From: Candidatus Latescibacterota bacterium
GTDB taxonomy: Bacteria > Latescibacterota > UBA2968
Assembly: GCA_038279365.1 (NCBI GenBank)
Contig: JAYODI010000100.1
Span: 1 to 18,293 of the forward strand
DNA: 18,293 nucleotides
Direction: 5' to 3'
Shown one piece after another: positions 8,485 through 15,244 of this stretch (positions are counted from its first letter, which is position 1; each line of letters begins with the position of its first letter). The translations under genes and the position numbers were made by a program. Under the pieces are notes generated by a model. The model ran no database searches and was not told where the DNA came from. It worked only from the letters and a program-made list of their open reading frames with translations.

Positions 8485-9006
8485 ATGCCTGCGGCGCATT
8501 ACTTTTTTTCAACAGCTAAAAAAAGTAATCAAAAAAAGCCGTCCCTCAAGTGCCGGGAAGGCTGATTTTCCGCAAATATCTTCTGTGGGTACAACAAGTC
8601 ATATAGCCTACAACGCGTAGAGCAATCACAAGGTATGTTGCTGAACGGAAAATGCGGGAAATCCTGATCTCTTTGAGTGAGCTATTGGGGATGTTGTGGG
8701 GGTTTGGTTTAGGTGATGGGTGAAAAGAATACGCCTCAAAACTTGAATCTCACCCACTGGGGTTGGGGCCGTTGTGCAGTTGGTGGGGGGGGCCTTGGTG
8801 TGGGAAGGGTGGCGTGTGGAACACGAGGTGGGGTGGGAACTGCGCGGGCGGGTAAGGGTGGTTTCGCTTGTAAAAACACTGAAGTACATTAAAGCCCCAC
8901 GCAGTGGCCCCCTTCTTTTGCATACTTTTCTTGGGGGTTCAAGAAAAGTAAGAGAATGCGAGTAATTTGAGCATTCTCCGCCGTAGGCATAGAACGCCGT
9001 AGGCAT
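8485..9006. repeat. Non-coding MITE/REP-like element with terminal inverted repeats and subterminal hairpins
   Basis: Left ATGCCTGCGGCG (8485-8496) matches right CGCCGTAGGCAT (8979-8990 and 8995-9006) 11/12 in inverted orientation. Mirror-image hairpin modules: ATTACTTTTTTT/AAAAAAAGTAAT (8498-8529) and TACTTTTCTTG/CAAGAAAAGTA (8923-8950). No credible ORF inside. Confidence 0.6.
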
Positions 9007-9051
9007 CACAAATAAAAAATCATTCTAACAACCAAATCTCAGGAGTATGTT

Positions 9052-10509
9052 ATGTCTCGCCCAAACCTCCTCCTCATCACCACCGATCAACAACGCGGCG
9101 ATTGCCTCGGCTGCGCTGGGCACCCCGCGCTTGAAACCCCTTACCTCGATGAACTTGCCGAAAACGGTGCATATTTCCCCCACGCATATACGTCCGTGCC
9201 CTCTTGTACCCCTGCACGCGCAGGCATTATCACGGGCATGGACCAATGGAACCACGGTCGCCTCACCATGACTGGCGCAGACCCGCTCGAATATCCTGCC
9301 ACCTTACCCGGAGAACTTGCCAAAGCAGGGTATCACACACAAGCCGTAGGAAAAATGCACCACGCCCCACAACGTCGGCTCTATGGCTTTCACAACATGG
9401 TCTTAGATGAAAGCGGTCGCCGACAAGGCAATTTTATCAGCGACTACCACATCTGGTTTGAGCAAAACAAAGACGGCGCATATGGCTATCGCGACCACAG
9501 CATTGATTGGAACTCGTGGATGGCACGCCCATCTCATTTGCCCGAACACCTCCACCCCACCCACTGGACAGCCAGTGAAGGCATCAAATTTTTGCAACAA
9601 CGCGACCCCACCACACCCTTCTTTATGTGGCTCTCCTTTGCCCGCCCCCACTCGCCTTATGATGCTCCACAAGCCTATTGGGATATGTATAAAGACCACC
9701 CCGCTATTCCCAAGGCTGCCGTAGGCAAATGGGCCGATGAATTTGACAAAAAAATAGCCGACGTCAATGCGCCCAGATCGCATCGCACAGATCGAGAAAC
9801 GCACAATGCCCGTGCGGGTTATTATGGCAACATCACTTTTATTGACCATCAAATTGGGCGCGTCTTATATGAATTGCGCCATCGCGACCCACAAGCCTAT
9901 GCCAATACCCTCATCATTTTCACCTCCGATCACGGCGACATGATGGGTGATCATCACCATTGGCGAAAAACCTATGCTTACGAAGGGTCGGCGCGCATTC
10001 CTTTCATTGTCAAATACCCCGACACGTGGAAAGACATGCCACGCGGGCAAGTGTATGACCACCCCGTAGAGTTGCGCGACATTATGCCCACCTTGCTCGA
10101 TGCGGCAGGCGTCACTGTGCCAGATCATGTAGATGGCAGGAGCCTGCTTGACATCCCGCGTGAAAAAGACCAAAATTGGCGTGACTGTGTACAAGGCGAA
10201 CACACCACCTGTTACACACACGAACACGGCATGCAATATGTTACCGATGGACACGAAAAATACATTTGGTTTCACCATACGGGAGAAGAACAATTCTTCA
10301 ACCTCGATGACGACCCTCTCGAATGCAACGAACTGTCTCAAAGTGCAAACCATCAAGACCGCGTGCAACACTGGCGCAAGCGCCTCGCACAAATCAATGA
10401 AGAACGCGGTGATCCGCGTGGTCAAAATGGCGAACTTGTGCCCCAACCCGAGGGTGCGTTACGCCTCTCGCCCAACTATCAAAAGTGGAAAGAAGCGGCA
10501 GAGGTATAA
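9052..10509 (+). CDS. Cys-type (formylglycine-dependent) sulfatase, arylsulfatase/choline-sulfatase-like
   Basis: RPNLLLITTDQQR, SCTPARAGIITG (CxPxR), GKMH, PHSPY and FTSDHGDMMGDH motifs. AGGAG RBS; no signal peptide evident. Confidence 0.95.
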   Translation: MSRPNLLLITTDQQRGDCLGCAGHPALETPYLDELAENGAYFPHAYTSVPSCTPARAGIITGMDQWNHGRLTMTGADPLEYPATLPGELAKAGYHTQAVGKMHHAPQRRLYGFHNMVLDESGRRQGNFISDYHIWFEQNKDGAYGYRDHSIDWNSWMARPSHLPEHLHPTHWTASEGIKFLQQRDPTTPFFMWLSFARPHSPYDAPQAYWDMYKDHPAIPKAAVGKWADEFDKKIADVNAPRSHRTDRETHNARAGYYGNITFIDHQIGRVLYELRHRDPQAYANTLIIFTSDHGDMMGDHHHWRKTYAYEGSARIPFIVKYPDTWKDMPRGQVYDHPVELRDIMPTLLDAAGVTVPDHVDGRSLLDIPREKDQNWRDCVQGEHTTCYTHEHGMQYVTDGHEKYIWFHHTGEEQFFNLDDDPLECNELSQSANHQDRVQHWRKRLAQINEERGDPRGQNGELVPQPEGALRLSPNYQKWKEAAEV

Positions 10510-10527
10510 ATCAAAACTTTTAAAACC

Positions 10528-10609
10528 GTCACAAGTCGCAGGTCGACACGTCTCAAGTCTGAAACCACCCAGTATTTGACCTGTAACTTGCAAACCTGTG
10601 ACCTGTGAC
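10528..10609. repeat. Inverted arrays of degenerate 7-mers forming an intergenic hairpin
   Basis: GTCACAAGTCGCAGGT (10528-10543) matches the reverse complement of ACCTGTGACCTGTGAC (10594-10609) at 14/16; repeat unit about GACCTGT. Confidence 0.55.
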
Positions 10610-10633
10610 CGATTTATCTTTTGGAGAAGATAC

Positions 10634-11098
10634 ATGAACTATTGGCTTGTGAAATGTGAATACGACGAATGTACTTTTGACGAACTCAAAACACGCCCAC
10701 AACAAACGGGGCGCTGGCGAGGTGTGCGCAACTATCAGGCGCGCAACTTCATTCGCGATGTCATGAAAAAAGGCGATCTTGCATTCTTTTACCAATCCAA
10801 CTGTGATGAACCCGGTACAGCAGGCGTGGTCAAAATAGTCAAAGCGGGATATCCTGATCCTTCGCAATTTGACCCCGAACACAAATATTACGACGAAAAA
10901 GCCACCGAAGCAGAACCCCGTTGGTTTACCTTTGATGTCAAACAGCACAAAGCCTTCAAAAATTTTGTACACCTCAAAGATCTCAAAGACAACAACGCGC
11001 TTAAAGATATGAAGGTCGTACAGCGCGGTCAGCGGCTCTCCATTCAACCTGTAACTTTAGAAGAGTTTGAAATTGTGTGTCAGATGGGTGGGATATAG
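10634..11098 (+). CDS. EVE domain-containing protein (PUA-like, THYN1-type)
   Basis: Start at ATG 10634 after GGAG. Motifs MNYWLVKCE, WRGVRNYQARNF, GDLAFFYQS, YPDPSQFDP..YYD and RLSIQPV. Confidence 0.93.
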   Translation: MNYWLVKCEYDECTFDELKTRPQQTGRWRGVRNYQARNFIRDVMKKGDLAFFYQSNCDEPGTAGVVKIVKAGYPDPSQFDPEHKYYDEKATEAEPRWFTFDVKQHKAFKNFVHLKDLKDNNALKDMKVVQRGQRLSIQPVTLEEFEIVCQMGGI

Positions 11099-11160
11099 AA
11101 GCAGTTAAAAATTAAAATGTCCATTTTTAGACCGTTCCCAGACCTCAAGCAAAACGCATT

Positions 11161-11195
11161 AAAAAAGGCGAGATCGTAATGATCTCGCCTTTTTT
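11161..11195. terminator. Bidirectional intrinsic terminator between the convergent EVE and rhodanese genes
   Basis: AAAAAAGGCGAGATC-GTAAT-GATCTCGCCTTTTTT. Confidence 0.9.
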
Positions 11196-11216
11196 ATGAT
11201 GCTCTTTTTTAATACC

Positions 11217-11305
11217 TCACAACGCCAAGTCAACACCCTGAGCCATTTCAATACCACCAAGCACAGCGGCTCTGCAATGATCGTACCCCGAGCATAGCGT
11301 CGTGA
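11217..11305 (-). ncRNA. Candidate structured RNA element in the 3' UTR of the UGA-containing rhodanese
   Basis: Hand-folded minus-strand RNA: closing stem UCACGACGCUA/UGGCGUUGUGA (11 bp, 2 G-U), inner stems CGAUCAUU/GGUGUUG and GAGCCG/UGGCUC, small side hairpin UGCU-CGG-GGUA. The wobble pairs form only on the minus strand. Confidence 0.5.
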
Positions 11306-11340
11306 TCTACACAACAACAAAATTCTCAAAAATTTTAGAC

Positions 11341-12177
11341 TTACTTCTCTGGCACCTCAATCGGCAAATCCAGCCGATCTCCCCACTCTTTCCACGAACC
11401 AATGTAGTTGCGAATTTTGGGGTATCCCAACAAACGCAATGCCAAATAGCTGTGTGAAGAGCGGTATCCGCCTTGTCAATAGGGTACAATTTCTTTTTCG
11501 GGTGTAACCCCCAAGGCTTCATACATTGCACGCAGTTCCTGGGCTGACTTAAAAGTGCCATCTTCGGCCAAATTGTTCACATATTCCACATGCACCGCAC
11601 CCGGAATGGCACCACCGCGCGCGGCCCTCACATTTGTGCCATAATATTCACCCGCACTGCGCGTGTCTAAGGGCACCACATCATCACGCCCCAACATGCT
11701 GTGCAACATATCGGCTCCCACAGTGCGCTCCCGCATGGGATCACCAAACAATTCGGACCGTTCGGGAACCACACACTCGGTTGTGACCTCATACCCTGCC
11801 GCTTGCCAGGCGGTTAAACCACCATTTAAGACATGCACATCCAAGTGCCCAAAATATTCGCACACCCAAAAACCACGTGCTGCACGCATGCCCGAATTGT
11901 CTTCATACCACACCACTGTTTTTTCTGAACCAATACCCCGACTGCTCAACAAATATTGAAACATCCACATAAACGAATCAAACGCGTCATCGGACGTATT
12001 GTTGAGACTGATGCCATACAAATCCAAATGCACCGCACCCGGAATATGCCCAGCCGCAAACAGATGCGATGGACGCGCATCGACCACGCACAATTTTTCC
12101 TCACCCAATCTTGCATGCAAGTCTTTGACAGACATGAGCAATGCTGGGTTGGCGTATTCATTACTTTCCATAAGCAT
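11341..12177 (-). CDS. Tandem-domain rhodanese/sulfurtransferase (SseA/TST-like), 278 aa, with in-frame UGA at the active site (probable selenocysteine, U234)
   Basis: [30 protein letters not shown] and GAIPGA motifs. After the TGA the frame continues [44 protein letters not shown] to TAA at 11343-11341, including the C-terminal Y.GSW.EW rhodanese signature. Confidence 0.9.
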
Positions 12178-12204
12178 TCCTCTTCCTCAAAATGGACACC
12201 ATCG

Positions 12205-15012
12205 TTATTGATCCAGCGCCTTCTTCAGGTCTTGAATCGATTTTTCCAAAGCCTTCATGGCATCCCCTGCTTTTGCCCAATCCCACTTTTGCATCGATTC
12301 ACGCACAAGTTGATATTGCCGATCTGCCTCGGCAGCCAATTGAACAGCCGATTGATCCACCTGAAGCACTTGTGATGTGTTGGGTGTTGACGACGGTGTG
12401 TCCTGTTGTCCTTTATCCAACGTGCGCCCAGCACCCGAACCAAACAGATCATTAAGCGCATCTTCAAAGGTATCGCGCATGATCACCTGTCCACCATAAG
12501 CCACAATCACTTGCTTCAGCTCTGGAATGGCCGTGCTTTGGCGTTGTTGTCTGGGCTGTTGCACCTGGTTTTGTTGCCCACCACCTTCTTGACCAAATTG
12601 TTGAGGGGGTTGGTCCGACTCTTGGCGTGCTTGCAAATAAATCGGTTCAACATATAAAAATGAGGTCTCTATCGGAATGGCCAACAAGTTACCACGAATC
12701 ACTTCTGATCCACGCTGACCCCACAAAGTCAACTGGCTTGAAATATCGGGCTGTTGGTCAATACGTGCTTCCAACTGCATGGGACCAAAAATGAGCTTTT
12801 CTTTGGGCAACTTATAGACCAACAAATCACCGTAATTTTCACCATCACATCGGGCGGCCATCCAACCAATCATATTGTCTTTTTTGGCGGGTGTAAACGG
12901 TACCATCAGCAAAAACTCTTCGCGTTTTTCTCCGGGCAATTTGACAATGATATAATAAGGCTCCATCATTTGGGGGCGATCGCTATAAATTTCGTTAGGG
13001 ATCTCCCACAAGTCTTCTTGGTTATAAAACAGTTGCACATCTTGCATGTGATAGGAGCGATACATGGCCGCTTGAATGCGGAACAAATCAACCGGATAGC
13101 GCACGTGAGAACGCAAATCTTCTGACAGTTCACTTAAGGGTGTGAACAAACTGGGAAACATATCGGCATAAGCATTAATAAGAGGCTCATCTTCGGCCTG
13201 ATAAAATGTAATGTCTCCATTATAGGCATCAATCACCACCTTGACAGAGTTGCGAATATAGTTAATCTGAGAACGTCCCGTACGGGTTGAATAAGGATAC
13301 ATATTGGTCGATGTATAGGCGTCCAAAATCCAAAACAATCGGCCCTCAGACACCACCATATAAGGATCGGAATCAAAAAACAAAAACGGTGCTATTTCGC
13401 GCGCACGTTGTACAATTTGTCTGCGAAACATAATGCGGCTGTCACCCTTGATATAGGTACTCAACAGCAAATTGGCATCCATCATGCGTATCGTAAACGC
13501 CAACTTTTGAATAAAACTACCAATGGGTACACCACCTGTTCCACTATAGGTGGTAAAGGCATTGCCATCGCGCCGAGGATAATCAAACTCTTCCGTACCC
13601 GTTTTGACAATCACATTGCCATAGGTACGCTCGCCATAATAAATACCTGGTTGTGTGATTTCCAAATCTTTTGACACCGATACTGGAGGTAAATCTTTAA
13701 TTAAAAACTCTGGCAAACCTTCTGGTGTCACGGTTGTCACTGGGCTCATAGCCACACCATAGCCGTGGGTATATTGCAACCGTTCGTTTACCCAGTTTCG
13801 GGCCTGTGCAGGCAAACGATTGGTATCGAGTTCACGCCCAGACAACATCACCTGACTATAAACCCCATCAATGGTATATCGATCTACATCCACATTTGGG
13901 AAAATGTAATAGGGGCGAATTTCTTGAACCTGTTGAAAAGTTTGCGCCATAGGGGGTTGATCCCAAATACGCACATTTCGAATGGTCAATGGGTTGGCTT
14001 CAATATCGGCGGCCGTTAAATTTTCAGAGGCCGCAAAAGGCTTTTCAACAACCCGATCCAAAGCATAGGCCCGCCGAGTTGATTCAATATTGTGCTTGAT
14101 ATATGGTGTTTCGCGTTGTAATTCGGTAGGATCAACAGCAACCTTTTGAACGATGGCACCTGGAATATTGCCCACTCCAATGGCCCCCACCAAAAACACA
14201 CCCAAACCCATAATCAAAGGGCGTGCTTCACGTGTTTTCACATTGCGCAACACCATCACACCCGTAACCAAAAATGCCAAAACCAGGAACCAATAAACCC
14301 ATATTTGCACATTGACATCGACAAAACCTGCACCAAAAAACACACTGCCTTGTGAATACAACAAATCATAAATTTTTAACCGATAGTTGAGCGCAGAAAA
14401 CAACAAAAACAAACCACCCAAAACCGACAAATGAGCCACAGGTCGAGGCATCAGTTGAATGCGATCTTGAATGCGAATACCACCTGCTGCAATATAAATC
14501 ACACTGCTCACAATAGCAGAAACCACCACACAGGCAATCAAAAACCCAACGGTAAATTGATAAAGTGGCAAGTCAAAAACATAAAACCCAACATTGTGAC
14601 CAAAAATAGGATCACTCGAATCAAACGCACCCCCATACCAATATTTAAGCACCATTGGCCACTGCGAAGACCCCACATTGCCCAAAATGAGTACCAAAAC
14701 AGCACCGATTAATGCATATCCAACAGGTGATTTGAGCAGTCCTTCACCAGGAAATTCACCTTCAAAAGGTGTTCCCCCAACCTCTAATGCATGGCGCGTA
14801 AATTTAGACACAAACCAGAGATTCACGCCGACAATAACGGCAGCGATAAGCCCATAAAACACACCCGACAAAAAACGGGCTTTGAGTGTGCGCCAAAAGA
14901 CATCTTGGTAATCCAAGCTGTGAAACCACAACCAATCCGTATAATAAGACGATGCCCATCCCAAACCCATCACCACAGCGACCACGACCGGAATTAGAAA
15001 CTTGCGTTGCAT
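12205..15012 (-). CDS. UPF0182 family integral membrane protein
   Basis: YTDWLWF, DPIFGHNVGFYVFDLP, NVRIWD, DVDRY, YTHGYG, NYIRNSVK, RYPVDLF and VIRGNLL motifs with several N-terminal TM segments. AGGGAG RBS. Confidence 0.93.
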   Translation of the reverse strand: MQRKFLIPVVVAVVMGLGWASSYYTDWLWFHSLDYQDVFWRTLKARFLSGVFYGLIAAVIVGVNLWFVSKFTRHALEVGGTPFEGEFPGEGLLKSPVGYALIGAVLVLILGNVGSSQWPMVLKYWYGGAFDSSDPIFGHNVGFYVFDLPLYQFTVGFLIACVVVSAIVSSVIYIAAGGIRIQDRIQLMPRPVAHLSVLGGLFLLFSALNYRLKIYDLLYSQGSVFFGAGFVDVNVQIWVYWFLVLAFLVTGVMVLRNVKTREARPLIMGLGVFLVGAIGVGNIPGAIVQKVAVDPTELQRETPYIKHNIESTRRAYALDRVVEKPFAASENLTAADIEANPLTIRNVRIWDQPPMAQTFQQVQEIRPYYIFPNVDVDRYTIDGVYSQVMLSGRELDTNRLPAQARNWVNERLQYTHGYGVAMSPVTTVTPEGLPEFLIKDLPPVSVSKDLEITQPGIYYGERTYGNVIVKTGTEEFDYPRRDGNAFTTYSGTGGVPIGSFIQKLAFTIRMMDANLLLSTYIKGDSRIMFRRQIVQRAREIAPFLFFDSDPYMVVSEGRLFWILDAYTSTNMYPYSTRTGRSQINYIRNSVKVVIDAYNGDITFYQAEDEPLINAYADMFPSLFTPLSELSEDLRSHVRYPVDLFRIQAAMYRSYHMQDVQLFYNQEDLWEIPNEIYSDRPQMMEPYYIIVKLPGEKREEFLLMVPFTPAKKDNMIGWMAARCDGENYGDLLVYKLPKEKLIFGPMQLEARIDQQPDISSQLTLWGQRGSEVIRGNLLAIPIETSFLYVEPIYLQARQESDQPPQQFGQEGGGQQNQVQQPRQQRQSTAIPELKQVIVAYGGQVIMRDTFEDALNDLFGSGAGRTLDKGQQDTPSSTPNTSQVLQVDQSAVQLAAEADRQYQLVRESMQKWDWAKAGDAMKALEKSIQDLKKALDQ

Positions 15013-15244
15013 ACGCTCCCTTTATAAAAAACCACTATGAAAACACGCAGAATCGACATTCTGCTTTTGATAAAATATCTAACACAACTGTTGACGCCTT
15101 GCAAGTAAACAAAAAAAACACCATCTGTCACGTAAAACCGAAAGGCATCAGGCAAGAGATACACATTGCACGTCTTTTATCACCGTGATATATTGACAAC
15201 CGTTCTGCCATTTCTTTTCCATACAAAAACACACAGCGTTAACA

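Noticed and set aside
8485-9006. CRISPR array
   Set aside because: Only two adjacent 12-mers 4 nt apart; no repeat-spacer periodicity and no cas genes.
8626-9009. ORFs 8626..9009 (-) and 8774..8965 (+) as genes or a transposase
   Set aside because: Their low-complexity translations reflect G-rich DNA, with no RBS or recognisable domain.
11217-11305. TPP riboswitch, SRP RNA or tRNA-Sec identity for the 3'-UTR element
   Set aside because: CUCGGGGU resembles a TPP 5' segment, but the CUGAGA and downstream core are missing. There is no SRP GGAA loop motif, no T-loop and no UCA anticodon arm.
11341-12177. Rhodanese as a pseudogene, or as a frameshift into the 11307..11561 ORF
   Set aside because: The only interruption is a TGA exactly at the catalytic codon, and the conserved C-terminus continues in the same frame. 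The 84-aa ORF is in another frame and has no rhodanese motifs. A nonsense mutation is not fully excluded.
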